A stretch of DNA of 64,000 bases. It comes from Eledone cirrhosa (taxonomy: Eukaryota). The notes below the pieces were generated by a model, which worked only from the letters and a program-made list of their open reading frames with translations, was not told the origin of the DNA and made no database searches. Shown here in pieces: positions 17,991 through 32,280 of this stretch. Every line of letters begins with the position of its first letter. Within the stretch, counting starts at the first letter, position 1. A program made the position numbers and the translations under genes. Where the stretch lies: NCBI GenBank assembly GCA_964016885.1, contig OZ024742.1:111910001-111974000 (forward strand), given 5' to 3'.

Positions 17991-18324
17991 TGGCAGCGTG
18001 AAAAGTTAGAAAAGAATAGTGTGGTAGTAGATTGAGAAATGGGAAGGATATGTGTAGTGCGCGGATTTGAAGAGGGCGTGGTGTCGGTTACGAAATGAAA
18101 GCATTTAATGTTGTAATATGTTAAAAAGTTAAATAGCGAGTAGTGATGAGAATTAGATGTTCATCCTTGTGATAGCGAGTCCTCGGGTAAAGAGGTTGCA
18201 GAGAGTGTGTGTAGATGATATCATGTGACGGACAATTTATTCAGTGGTTCAATGAAAAGATGTGCCAAAATCGGACAGGCTATACATACACACACTCACT
18301 CATATATATATATATGATTTATAG

Positions 18325-18500
18325 TATAGGCACAAGGCCAGTAATTTTGGGTCAGGGGAAAGTCGATTGAATCGACCCCAGAACGTTACTGGTACTTTAT
18401 TTTACCGACCCCGTAAGGATTAAAGGCTAAGTCTATATCGGCGGGATTTGAACTCAGACATGCTGCAAAGCATGGTATCCGACTCTCTACCGATACTGCT
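18325..18500 (-). mobile_element. tRNA-derived SINE
   Basis: Same family as 3748-3920. Confidence 0.85.
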
Positions 18501-18508
18501 GACCCACT

Positions 18509-18634
<126 letters not shown>

Positions 18635-18762
18635 AAAGTTTTATTTAAAATTGTTGGGTTACAACGAGTAAATATTTTATAAATGATATAAAAGCACTCA
18701 ACAGTTTCTGGAGTAGGTTTACGATATTAAACAAATGGAAACTATATTTATAAAACCACATT

Positions 18763-18828
18763 TATTTCGTTATATATATTTCTGGGATATCATATTAAAA
18801 ATATGGTATGCCTTCCTCAGACAAAATA
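18763..18828 (-). ncRNA. Type I hammerhead ribozyme motif in solo pseudo-LTR (18640-18845)
   Basis: Minus strand TATTTTGT-CTGAGGA-long stem II (CATATT/AATATG)-GAAA-TATATA-TA-ACGAAATA; homologous to 14513-14720. Confidence 0.7.
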
Positions 18829-18906
18829 CAATACATAAGCTGTTTTATAAATAATTTTGACATACCTTATAATAATGCAACTTCCATTTAAAAAGTTCAT
18901 TTGGTA

Positions 18907-18964
<58 letters not shown>

Positions 18965-18968
<4 letters not shown>

Positions 18969-20763
18969 ATAATAATAAATTTGAAGACTAAAATCCAAAG
19001 AGGGCTCGATAAGGATAAATATATATCAAATATATAAGAACCGTAGAGCAAATATTTATTAAAATAACAGATTAAAGTTTAATCAAAGAATCGCAGCTTT
19101 CACCCTTAACGGGATCTTCTGAAAACTATTAGCTAAGATCTTTATTTCCCTTATTACGAAGCATTTCCTCCCTACACATAAATATAGTAAAATTTTTAAT
19201 AGAAATACTATTAAAATGTCTTACTCTACGACTCCTAACCTTGCACATAACATAACAGCTTCAAATTTAGTTAAACTACCTAGCCGTAGGAACACGTGCA
19301 ACCCTGTAGTTAGTACTAACTGTAATTGTAGGAATCGGGTTGATTGCCCCCTATCCGGGAAATGCCTCTCTAGAAACATTGTCTACAAATGTAAAGTTGA
19401 AACACCCACGTCCCGTATGGCCTACATAGGGTTAACCGCCAATAGATTCAAGCAGCGTCTTTACATGCATACCCATTCTTTTCATTACCCTCTAAGAAGG
19501 AATATGACGTCACTTTCAGCTTATATCTGGATTCTAAAAGACAACCACCCCCAATTTAAGTTACACTGGGAGATCCTAGCTAGGGCTAGATCGTATAACG
19601 GAAATAAAAGACCATGTGACCTCTGCGCCGCTGAGGCCCTGGAAATACTCTACGCCACAGACAACATCTTAAACAAAAAAATCTGAGGCAATTTCGGCTT
19701 GTAAACATAAATTGCACAAAACTTTCCTTACAGCCCCTCAGTATACCCTAACGGATAGTACGATCTATACGTGGACATATTACGTCTTTATGTGGTAGCT
19801 AAGTATATGTTTAGTTTATACCATTACTTATTTGCATAGGTAAGTATATATTACCTGTATGTTTTGTGAAGGTACGTATACTTTCTGCTACGTATATTTG
19901 ATTGTTTATGTTATGGCGTAAACATTTGTTATATATTCTGGTACATATGGTTTGGTTTTGTGTATACGGGAGTTTTTTTGTCTGAGTGAGTATGCAGGTT
20001 CATACGTATGTAGGGTGTGTGTATATGTGTACTTCATGTTTTGGTTGACTTACGTCTCCTAACATTTGTGTATTTACATGTAGGTATGTGTGTGCGCTTG
20101 TTATATAGGTATTTATTTATTATTATACGTTTATATAATTATTTATTTATTTGTATACACGCACACACACACACACATATATTTATATGTACGTGGTTTT
20201 GTATACCTATGGCAAATGTTTTGCGTATGCTATTGTATGTACGTATTTGCATGCGTGTATGCATTTATTTAATTTCTATTACCTCGGTATTGTATTTATT
20301 TACTTTATTCTTAACTCTGAAGCGGAGATTCATTCGGTTTCCTAATTAGAATTTAGTCTACGACTTCAGCTATACCATTTACGTGGTTTTGTCTTTGCGT
20401 GCCATTGTTCTCCACGCTCCACATATGACGTATTATCTTCGTTTTTTCCGTTCATTGCCAGAGAACGTCTCTATGAACCACCTAAGAGAACATTAGTCTA
20501 CGACTTCTTTTATACCATTAACGTGGTTCTCTCTTTGCGCGTAATTGTTTTTCACCGCTCCTATTAATGACGTATTATATTCTTTTTTTCCCGTTCTTTG
20601 CCAGGGAAGGTTTCGACGAACCAAATTATCGTCTTCCTGTCTTCCTCCGGTTGCAACGTTTTTTGAAATATCCAGTTCTGCGTTTACAGATTGAATTTGT
20701 TAGTTTCAGAAGATCCCGTTAATGGTGAAAGCAGCGATTCTTTGCTTAAACTTTAATCTGTTA

Positions 20764-20770
<7 letters not shown>
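18965..20770 (+). mobile_element. 5'-truncated YRDDG-type (Hydra-clade-like) PLE: GIY-YIG plus 3' UTR, with inverted pseudo-LTR at 5' end
   Basis: ORF 19216-19686 has CNCRNRVDCPL, IVYKCKV..YIGLTANRFKQR, CDLC; 19058-19128 is an inverted repeat of 20701-20770; (TA)n on both sides. Confidence 0.9.
20350..20623 (+). repeat. Diverged ~140 bp tandem duplication in PLE 3' UTR
   Basis: TTAGTCTACGACTTC..TATACCATT.ACGTGGTT..ATGACGTATTAT..GAACCA occurs twice. Confidence 0.85.
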
Positions 20771-20840
<70 letters not shown>

Positions 20841-21333
20841 GAAAGACGTAAAATAAGAAAATTAAAAAAATTAAAAATTAACTTACTTACTAAAATGTTC
20901 ACTCCAACTAATTAGTTTCTGTAATGGGATGAAGATAGTTACGCAATGTAACTGTCGAGAATTCATTACGTCATCAGGGAGTCTATTCTCAGCTAAGTCT
21001 CCAGGCAATGCGCGGACACTAGGGACTCATATAAAAATAATAATAATTCGGTGGATGGAACAGCTAGCGGGGACTGAATTCCAAAGCACTGAAAAAGTTC
21101 ACTGTCTCTGGTCAAATGGCACATTCTAACGAATCAATCACGTGACACTGAGGCTAGTCGGAAGGAGTGGGGTAGTAAAATGACAAAAGTCTACTACCAC
21201 TACAATAAGTTAGTAGTGGATTTGGCAGGTTTGCTCAACAAATAAATAATTTGGAGATAAATATTGAGAATTAGTATATTTACCGACATATTTGTACAGA
21301 TGTACGCTAATGCTAGCAAATACATAAGTTATG

Positions 21334-21377
<44 letters not shown>

Positions 21378-21562
21378 TATATATAATTATAAACAGGAAA
21401 GGTCAGTAATTCATGACTACCTTATTACCAGTAAGAACAATAGGTCAATGTAAATACATCACATGTTTTACAGAGCATAATATAAATTACAGAATAATTA
21501 TAAGTATGTTCAAAACATTTTATCAGCAATAAAATGTTTTGAACATAGTTTTGATTATACTG

Positions 21563-21639
<77 letters not shown>

Positions 21640-21723
21640 ACAAACGAATTGTGGTAAGGAACCAGATGGACCATAACGCACCAGAGTACTCAATACTTAG
21701 GGTAGTAGAGTGTGAAATATGAA

Positions 21724-21832
21724 AAAGTATGACCCCGACGACAGAGATCAAGCCGTTTCGACCGCTATTTCTGGACTAAATTAGAATGTTTAGCCTGGTG
21801 AATAAATAGCCGAACTTGTCAAGGGGGTACGT
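21724..21832 (-). ncRNA. Hammerhead motif, U3-A8 variant (inverted pseudo-LTR copy)
   Basis: Reverse complement of the 24448-24558 motif; TTGTCAA at 21816-21822. Confidence 0.65.
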
Positions 21833-24447
21833 CCTTATATAGGAAGAATGTAGTTGTCAAGAGGATTGGTTAAAATTTGTTGTAAACACCGACACAACAG
21901 ATTCCTACAACAACTCCGTAGCAAAATAACAGAGCATGAAAACATCAAGGACATCATGGTGCACTCGGACAAAACTGTACACATCTACTTCGTCAAGCCT
22001 GACAGATACCACACACTGATTAGGAGCAGCCTAAACTCCACCTATAAAAAGGCTAACTATTCAATTATCGATGACATAACTCGACAACACATTACCTACA
22101 TGGACAACTCATTACCTCCAGCCTGGGGGTCGCCGACCGCACTGAACCCCTAGACCAACGGACGCCCTACTTCACACTGAAGGACCACAAATCCGACTTC
22201 GACCGCAAACCATCCATTAGGCTTATAAACCCAACGGGGTCGGACATAGTGAGAATCAGTAAAAATATCCTAGACCGAGTTATACCAAAAGTTAAGCAAA
22301 ACGTGAGACTTAGCCTATGGGTCAGCACCCAGGAAGTAATCCCATGGTTCAGGAATATGGAGGACAAACGAAACACAAAATTCATCCAGTTTGACATAGA
22401 GAGTTACTATGCATCTATTACCTTACCGCTCCATACGGCCGCCTAGGACTTTGCCGAAACACTCACACCCATCACTGACCAGTAAAGAAATATCATTCTC
22501 CAAGCCAGGAAGACAGTCCTACTTTTCGACAACTCCAAGTGGATAAAGAGAGCTCCCGACTCCCCCCTTCGACGTCAGTATGGCCGCGACGGATTCGGCC
22601 GACGTCACATATATTATAGGATTATTCCTACTATTGAAACTCATCGAAATGTTTCCTGCATTAGGCGGTGGTTTGTAACGAGATGATGGGCTCCTCACCT
22701 TCAAGGGGTACAACCCCAGTAGTACAGAGCGGGTCCGTAAACAACTAATCAACTTCTTCCGGGACTGCGGATTTAAAATCACCCTACAAACGTCAGTAAT
22801 CCGAGTCACTTTCCTGGACGTTATCCTTAACCTCGAAAATGATCTGTACTACCCATACAGGAAACCAAAAGACAACCTCCACTACATCCACCGCCGCTCT
22901 AACCATTCTAGAAACATCACCAATAACCTGGTTAAAAACATCTCCCTCCACGTATCTCGTTTGTCCGCTAACGAGCAGATATTCGACGGACACGCGCCTC
23001 ATTACAACCAGGGCTTCAAGCGGAGTGGCTTCCGGGAGGAAATATCCTTTTATCGAGCTTCCTTCAGCGGAACCAGCAGGCGACACCGCCGCTCACGCAA
23101 CGTAACGTGGTTCAATCCTCCCCATAATGCCGAGGTGGCAACACCTATTGGGAAATTAGACTCCTCGAAAAACACTTCCCATTACAAGACCGCTACCACA
23201 ACATAATCAACAAAAAACACCATCAAACTCTCCGACAGCACCAAACCTAACTTCGCACCGTCTTCTCAAACAACAAAAAAGTCAACCCCTATGGAAGACA
23301 TATTCTAGACATCAGTGGAGAGCCGACCAGGAGGTGTAACTGCCCTGATAGATCTACGTGCCCCCTCAACAACAAATGCGGAGAACGTAACGTGATCTAC
23401 CAGTGCAACGTGAGGACGGACACCTCCAACAAAGCTTATATAGGATTTTCCGCGTGTGACATCAAGACCCTGCTCTACCAACACGGATGAACTTTCCGAA
23501 ACCCGGTCCGGCAACATTCCACTACACTTTCGGGTCATATCTGGGACCTCAAAGATAATAATATAACCTACAATCTCACTTGGAGCTTAATGTCCAGAGC
23601 TAACTCTTGCACGGGAGGACGCCGTCCGTGTAACCTATGTTCGGAGGAAACATTACAAATGCTGTTTTCGAGGGACCAACTCCTAAACAAGAAAGACGAA
23701 CTGGCAACCGCGTGCAAACACAGATTGCGTAGGACTTACCTCGCCCTTAAACCCCATAACGACCCGGGTGGGTAGACAAGTGCTGATACCCCCACCCCAA
23801 CACTGGCCGAATAAGTTAGGGGAAAGCCCAGCTTACATAGGTAGATGTATATCTTTCATTTTCCTCTTTGTCTTCTTCTTCCCCCTGTCTCATCCTATCA
23901 CTTCCTTCCACCCACTATTTTCTTCCACGTCTGCTTTTCCTCTTTCGGCTACCCCGATGCAGCCCATCGGGCTTCTGTAGCATCAGTCCCCCAACCCTGT
24001 AATTTTAAGATAGAATTGGCCGAATACGTTTTACTAACTACTTATAGCAGATGTGTTAAACTCCTGTTTGTATCAGTTTTGTAAATTCTACAAGTTGTGT
24101 TCTATTCTCAACTTATTAACCTATAATTGTAAGATAGCATTGTGATTTTTTTTATTCATTTCTCACTTTCTAATTTTATGTATGTTTTTATTTCTTTCTA
24201 GTATCTTTTATTGTCTCCTACTCTCATTCGATTTACCTATTCTATAACCTCCCTCCTCCACTTCATACACTATCCTTAGAATCTGCTGTATACATATCAC
24301 TTTCAACGCTTGACCGATCCACTCACTCCCCTATTGTTCTACAGGTAAGTTCAGCCACCCCTACCTCCCACCAAATGCCATGATAGACATTTGTGTTTAC
24401 AACACATTTTAACCAATCCTCTTGACAACTACAATCTTCCCATATAA

Positions 24448-24557
24448 GGAAGTACCCCCTTGACAAGTTCGGCTATTTATTTACCAGGCTAAAAATTCTA
24501 ATTAGTCCAGAAATAGCCGTCGAAACGGCTTGAGCTCTGCCGTCGGTGTCATACTTT

Positions 24558-24558
<1 letters not shown>
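24448..24558 (+). ncRNA. Type I hammerhead ribozyme, U3-A8 core variant with long stem II
   Basis: CCCC-TTGACAA(24460-66)-G..CGGCTATTT/AAATAGCCG..C-GAAA(24522-25)-CGGC ttgagctct GCCG-TC-GG; GUC site at 24542-24544. Confidence 0.75.
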
Positions 24559-24588
<30 letters not shown>

Positions 24589-26035
24589 TATGTGTGTATG
24601 TATGCGTGTCTGTATATGTAGTCTGCAGCAGTTTAGAACTGTCTGTTCTTTTATTTCTAGTCAACATTTTGAATGTATTTATATCTCGATTTTATATTTG
24701 TTTTGACTAGTTATTTCCTCTCATACACCCCAGAAACAGATTTATTATTCTATATATGCCCCAAATGGTATTGCAAGTGCAATATCGCATTAATGTCTCA
24801 AACTGCCCTGCCAGCAAGATGGCTGACAGGGCAGGTAAGGTTGCAGGTGTCGTTTGTTTTCTGTAACTGTATACATTTCCTGCTAATATTGTATTTAAAT
24901 ATGTCCCCAACCTACTTCTATTTTGATGAAACTAAATTTGTTCATAGTTGCATGAGCCCATTTTATCCTATCCCTCCATCACTTTTTCTCCCCATCTCTG
25001 TTGCCTTTCCCCTCTCTTTCTCTCCGCCTTTCTCTCTCTCTGTTCAATATTGCTCGACGTCTTTTCCTTATTTTTCTCACTGATATTGTATTTATCTCTA
25101 TACACGCCAACACGCATCCAGTTTGAGAACACCACACACACACAACACATATACACACACACATACATATATACACACACACATCATATACATATAAATA
25201 TATATGCAAAAGTAAACGAAAAAAACCCAATAAAGCCAATTGATACAGTGCAATGAATATACATTTTAGTTTAACGCTTGATATAATAGAAAAACTGTTT
25301 TAACATTTTGGACGGAGATAGAATGAGAGATGCGAAAAAAGAAAAGAAAGTCAAGAGCAAAAAGAGGAGGAGACGAGACGGTATTTTACAAGAGTAAACG
25401 CACCTGTGCGGTTTGTCGGCCACCAGGCTGGCCAGGTTTGTTACATTATAGATTTTTAGTACTGTAAGTATGACACTTCCACCGGATCTATCATCATAGT
25501 AGCAAGAGTAGCAATTTTCATTCAACCCAAAACAAACTATAAACACATATTTTCCTCTCAAACATATACTCCCCGGCCTTAGGTAACTAATTGATGGTAA
25601 ACATTACTTTTAATATAGATCTGTTTTATCTGAGTAGCGCAGAGCTAAACAGAAACAACTTCAAGAATATTCTTATTAATATGGCTAATGACAAACAGAT
25701 ACTGGAATTAATTTGATGATAGGTTTGTGCTCTGCACTCACCTAGAGCTAGACAGAAGTAATAATAATCCAAATAAAGCCATAATTATTTATAACATGCA
25801 TATTGTTATTCCATGTGGAGTTCATCAATTATATCCACAGAAATATGTGCCTGATAATTACCTCAATGACTTGTCATGGGAAATTTAAACGCAGAACATG
25901 AAAATGTGTTACTAATAAAGAAATGTCATGTTACACCACAGTATAAAAATTGAATTATGTCAAGCGATTATACGTTATTTCCTCCACAATTTGCTTTCGT
26001 TTATATCGATTCACTGCAGTGTTGATTCAATATCA

Positions 26036-26275
26036 TGGCAGTATCGGTAGAGGGTCGGTCACTATGCTTTTACGTATAGATTTACGCCCCTTGCCATTCT
26101 GAGTTCAAATCCCGCTGAGGTTAACTTTGCTTTTCATCCATACGAGGTCGATAAAATAAAGTACCAGTAATGTACTGGGTATTTGCTGGACCTGTGCCTA
26201 AAGTAGAAGCAATTAATTGTTTCTACTTTAGGCACAAGGCCAGCAATTACCCAGTGCATTACTGGTACTTTATTT
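26036..26275 (+). mobile_element. tRNA-derived SINE followed by an inverted partial copy (tail-to-tail)
   Basis: A/B boxes at 26036-26112; 26218-26275 is the reverse complement of the SINE 3' end. Confidence 0.88.
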
Positions 26276-27327
26276 TAAGAAACAATTAACGTGACTAAAA
26301 CATACTCCAATAGATATATAATTTCATCAGTCATTGGAACATCACCATTGGACGCTGTTTGGGTATTAGTACTCCGTTCTGAGAGAAATATCAACAAATG
26401 AAAGATAAACGATCCCCAACACTACTGCTCTGAACAAGTAATCTATTTATAACACCGAGAGTAATAAACGAGTATTCGAAACTAACATCATTTAAATTGA
26501 GATGACCAGAAGTAATATGACACCACATTATAATTGGTGTGCGGAGTACCTCTATAACAGGCATAGAATATGGAAGAATGACATAGTGAACTCTACCACA
26601 TTAATAATTCTCGACAAATTCGCAACCTTGCACATCTTACTGAATGAATGCATACTAATATGTAATAATATGATGCACAGCAGCGTCTAAATAACTGTGA
26701 CATTGCAAACTGACTATTTTCTTTCCAGTGTGTGCGACAGCTTACAGTATTTTCCTTCAAATACATACGACCTCTTATAAGAAAACCTTATTTTCTTGGT
26801 GAATCACAAAAAAGCCGTGAGGATGTGTATGCTAAAGGAAGGAAGAGAAAAAACATATGAATGGCACAGGATATTCTAAATGAACATGATATGATTTACG
26901 TTTCTTTATGGTTGAATATGTGGATGCGTATGAGTGTGTGATTTAGAAAGTGTATTCAGTATTTCAAGAAAATATAAAGATACTAATTAGTAATTCCTCA
27001 TTGCAATGGTATAAAAAAATCGTTCATTATTGGCAAGTAGCAAACCGATTGTTTATTTCCCATGTAACCCGAGAAACACGAATATTTTTTGGAAAAAGAT
27101 TAAGTTATGTTATTTGACTTAATCAAGATATTTCTATATTTAACAAACAGATCATTTGTTGAAATAAATGCACATCTTTTTGTGGGATTTCATTTCAGTG
27201 TCTATCATTTATCTACAAAGAAAACCTTAGTCGAACTACCAAATTGTTTATTATGTATGCATGTATACATGCATACATAAATAGATACAGACACACACCC
27301 ACACACACCCACACACACACACACACC

Positions 27328-27369
<42 letters not shown>

Positions 27370-27717
27370 TTTCTCCTTGCTTTTTTCTTCCTTGTTTCAC
27401 TCATGTTTCATATGCGATAAGAGGTACCAAAAATTTACCCTAACGTGAAACCAAATTCATGTGTTTTGTAGATTATCGGCAAACAGCGTTTGTATTATGT
27501 CAAACGCTGTGACCACGGATGTACCATCAATACTGTTTATAGGGGTCGAAACTGCCAACGTCCATCTAATTTCCAAGACCATGGAGTTCTGTATTCTTCG
27601 TTTGTATAATTCTTTTTTAAAAGTTAATTTTTTAAAGTCTCATTTCCGTTCGTTGCCTTGTCTCTTCTTTTATAATTTTTTAAAGTTTATGCATACATAC
27701 ATACATACATACATATT

Positions 27718-27780
<63 letters not shown>

Positions 27781-27936
27781 ATATGTATGTGTGTGTGAAT
27801 ATATGTATATATACACACACATACATATAGGTAAAAATGAAAAAGGGAAAAAGCACAAGGCTATATGTAAAAATATTTTCTTTATATACATGTGTATATA
27901 TATGTACACAGACACACACATACACACACACGCACA

Positions 27937-27997
<61 letters not shown>

Positions 27998-29559
27998 GTG
28001 TACGTACATATGTTTATAAATCTGAGTGTGTGTTACTAATGGAAAAGCTCTGTTCTTTTGGGGGATCTTGTTCGTTTGGAAATATTCCGTTTCGATAATC
28101 TTCAGAAATATATATTTTCCGATGGAACATGTGCTGAAATATTTTATCATCCATATATAATATGCTTTTTACATCAGGAGATGTGTTTCTTGGATGAAAT
28201 TATGATGATCTTTCCTTCAGATTAATGCATTTGCTGATTTGCTACTTTCAGTTTATCTATTTGGTGTCTAGGCGAGAATAATTGACACACTGTTAATAAC
28301 TATGGAGATATTGGCACTCATAACTATAGAAAAAATAAATGAAAAATCACAAAACTTAGTCTCTGATTCGCTCTTGGTTTTGGCGGTAAGAAAGAGTAAT
28401 ATATCTATTTTCTTTTCATTCATTAGTGATTCCGAACATTGTGTTTGTTTTGTCGTGCTATTTCCGTTTATTTTCGTCTAATCGAATCCAAATCTGACTT
28501 GCTACGTTATTCTTCATGGCTAATATATTTAACAGGTTATTTTGAAAATTGGACACCTAGAAGAATACCATAGGATATTTAGCTAACAAACCTGGTGATG
28601 TTGCTGCGATATTCATGTTTGTGTTATAAAATACTATTGCAACAACTGTTTGTATAGCGGCAATTACAAAATGTATTAAATAGAGCCTTCTTATTTCATG
28701 TGTCAAATCAAAGTTTTCTAAATGACACGTGATCTTCGTGATTTATCTTTCTCCAGTAATTTTGGTCTTTTCTATTTTTTCACCAATTCTCCAATCTTTA
28801 ACTGCAGCATGCATCATTGATGACGTTAAGGCACCTCACAATTCTTTCAAATGTGTATAACGCTTTCCATTAAAATAATTTAGTGTTTTATTCAAATATA
28901 CTGACCAAGAGGATCCCAAGGACGGAATAACAACATATGCAAGAAATGATGTTAAAAAGTGCATTAAATTCTACCATGGAGTTTACTTATCATATGTGAC
29001 TTCAGCAATATTCTCATTTTATTATAGCAAAATAAAGAGCAGAGTCTTTTTCGAACAACCAATTAGTAATTTTGTTCAATTACTAGGGTTAAGAAACAAA
29101 ACAAACTTATAACTACAACGGCAACAACAGTTTAAGTATCAATTCAATGCAAATAAAAAAGGGAGGGTGGGGGGAATCGATGAGTAACTAATTTTTAATA
29201 TTTGAATTAGATTCACATTTACTTTAGAACATTTTCATAACAACTTAAGATTTGATATTTTGTAGTAGATAAAAAAACATCGAGCAATCCCCAAGATTAC
29301 ATACGGTAACATTTTTATTACTGTATACTGTTTTCAAAATGATATGATACATATAGTATATATTCAAATATATTTTTTGGATATATAATGGAAGATCCGA
29401 TTAAATAGAGATTTAGAATATCGCTGCGTGATTCTTATGACAAGAGAGGGGAGATTTAGACGCATATGATACGATAGACAATTGCTAATACATACGAGAC
29501 AAACTACTAAAGACTAACGGCGCCTTTTGTGACAGGAGCAAAGCGCTAGTTAGACGGAG

Positions 29560-30110
29560 GTTGACCTGTGAAAAAAACCGTCGAGAAAGCTGCTAAAGAA
29601 AAGAGGCATGCATGGAAAAATGGTGCTGATAAAAATCAGTACCAGATTACTAAATGAGAAGCAAGGCAGCAGGTATAGGCAGGGGAGCCGAACGCAGGTG
29701 GTCTTGCAACGGGAGAGTATGTCCCAAATGAGGTTGATGCACTTAACATGGTTGATGTCGAAAGGATGTATGGAATTACCATTCTGAGACTTCAATGGAG
29801 GTAGAATATGAGTAGGAGAAAGGGAGATCACCTGATGTCCTAAAAGAATGACCAGCATTCAAAATTGACAGTTATTGGGTCAAATAGGCAATGGAGGAGA
29901 TGAAAGATAGTAAAACTGCTGGTCACTCGGAGATAGTCACGGAGAAGCTGAAATCCTGTGGGGAATTAGGAGTCGTATTTGTCACCTGCATAATCAATCA
30001 GGTAACACATGACGGTGCTATGCCCAAGAGAAATATGATGCACTAGAATGGAGCAATTACATGGGTACGAAATTAAGGACCAAGTTCTGAAATTAACAAA
30101 AATTGTTTTG
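29560..30110 (+). mobile_element. Decayed RTE-like LINE fragment
   Basis: KTAGHSEIVTEKLKSCGELG and DALEWSNYMGTKL resemble the K.PG...I..EMLK and NYRGI.L motifs at the RT start. Confidence 0.6.
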
Positions 30111-31895
30111 GACACTACCTCATCTAATAATTGTTTCTACTTTAGGCACAAGGCCAGCAATTACCCAGTGCATTACTGAATAATGCCCAAACCTCTGGTT
30201 TTCTTTTGAACCTACACACGATCAGAATATGCGTAACTCTAAAATATCTCTAAACACTCAATTTCAATTACATATCTAGTTTGAAACATTATGCTTGCGA
30301 GTTAGCTTCTTAGTAATTATAGTTTATGATGATCTTTCACTTCCAATGGATATTACCAAACCTTTTCAAATATTGTCTAGTTTATACTTGTCTAACATGC
30401 CTGTGTACATTATGAGTATTGACTGCCATAAAGTCACTCAAACTAATTACTTCACTTCGAGAGCAACAATAAGTATTCTTACCTGCGAGATAAAGTTCGC
30501 ACTGCAGTTAATATATATTTATTGGAGGAATCGTATATGTGTTTGAATGTTAAAGCATTTTGAATATAAATTTAGCGTCATTGTACAAACCTCTGTTTGA
30601 GTTCTGAATACCATTCACCATTTCTCTATTTCCACCGGGACAATCATGGACAACAATATACATCCAAGATACAATAGGATTAGTCCGGATTGTTTCTGTA
30701 ATTATGACATTTAAAGTCCCTAATAGCTGAGGTCTGAGTTCCCGCCAGATACTCTGTGGCAAACATGAAATTGAATCTTCATTTACTATTAAGGAGCATG
30801 CAGCGGCCGAACATATGTAATCGCTCGATTTTCTAATTTCTGAAGACACCGGTGTGTACAAACACATTGAAGGTACGGTAATGTTTTTATGTGTCACAGA
30901 AAGAATGAGAACAAAACCAAACTCGATGGCATTTGAAATTAGAATTTGGAAATTGGTACTTGTTTTTCACAAGGTATTTATTCAGACGGTCTAAAGATTC
31001 TGCCTAACAAACAAAAAAAGAAAATGTATTTGTTCGTGGCTATTGTTATTGAGTTGTCATTGAACACATATAAAGCAATAATAAAAATAAAAATATTCAA
31101 TGAAATTGCAAACGAAATGTATAATGGAAATACAAATGTTCTGTGGTAGACATCAATAATAATATCAAGCAATTGAATATTACTTCGTATCAATTTTATG
31201 GATGTGTTCAGTTGCCTGGTAAATTCAGAAATCGATTTAAGGAAACGAGTATTATAACTAACATTAATATAATGTTGTATACACTTGTCAATCGCATACG
31301 TGTACTTTTCTATTGACAATATATTTCTGTAACAATGAGTAAGTTACTACATGCAATATTTTGCAATGAATGATGTAATTATCCTGACAGATTCGGCTAT
31401 TTTCATAATACTTATGTTATTGCTCTTTATAGTGCAATTACCTGAATCATACAATGCTGATGCAATTACGATACTATCTACAACAGACATTCACTAAATA
31501 TTTTTATTTGATAAAAGTAATATCATCATTGTATCAAATAGATTACATTTTCAGCCAATAGCCTTCCTGTACAACGTATTGTTGATGCAGTAGTTAACCA
31601 TAAAATGCTATGAACTGTACGTTCTGTAGATTATGTTGATTTGGAAAAAGACTTTCTCTTATACACACACACATATATATATATATGTTTCCGTATGTAA
31701 ATAGGAAGAGAAAATTTGTCGAAAACATTCTGATTTCTTCCAGGCATAATGACATTCGTTTTCTAAGTGAAGTTATATATTTATATGTATAAGCTTATAT
31801 TTGTATTCGTTCAAATACAAGGGTAAGTTTATACACACACACACACACACACACATACACACACACGCACATACACACACACATGCACACACACA

Positions 31896-31941
<46 letters not shown>

Positions 31942-31952
31942 CACACACACAG

Positions 31953-31974
<22 letters not shown>

Positions 31975-31983
<9 letters not shown>

Positions 31984-32083
31984 AGAAAAACAGATCCTTA
32001 AATATATTTTCGGTGGTATTTCCAATTCCACTTTTCTCTCCTCTCTTTATCTCTATCTTTCTCTCCCTCTCTCTCTCTATTTA

Positions 32084-32129
<46 letters not shown>

Positions 32130-32130
32130 A

Positions 32131-32214
<84 letters not shown>

Positions 32215-32280
32215 GTGGAAATGGAAATACCACCGAAAATATATTTGTGGATCTGCTTTTCTTTTTTTCTTTTATTCATT
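31975..32280. repeat. Fold-back element centred on (TA)n, with (CT)n/(GA)n inner arms
   Basis: CAGATCC..AAATATATTTTCGGTGGTATTTCCA.TTCCAC vs GTGGAAATGGAAATACCACCGAAAATATATTT..GGATCTG. Confidence 0.88.

Larger units (their letters stand above)
21640..24562 (+). mobile_element. YRDDG-type (Hydra-clade-like) PLE, disrupted RT+GIY-YIG, with inverted 5' pseudo-LTR
   Basis: TLKDHK..IRLINP, FIQFDIESYY, GL*RDDGL, FLDVILNL, TWFNPP, CNC..CPL, CNLC, LLNKKDE..CKH over ~21890-23775; 21721-21890 is an inverted repeat of 24390-24560; (TA)n flanks. Confidence 0.92.

Noticed and set aside
20695-20745. CAGAAGA-TCCCGTTAATGGT-GAAA as a hammerhead
   Set aside because: Core-like and correctly placed in a pseudo-LTR, but it has U4A, no cleavable NUH and no clear stem I, so it was not called
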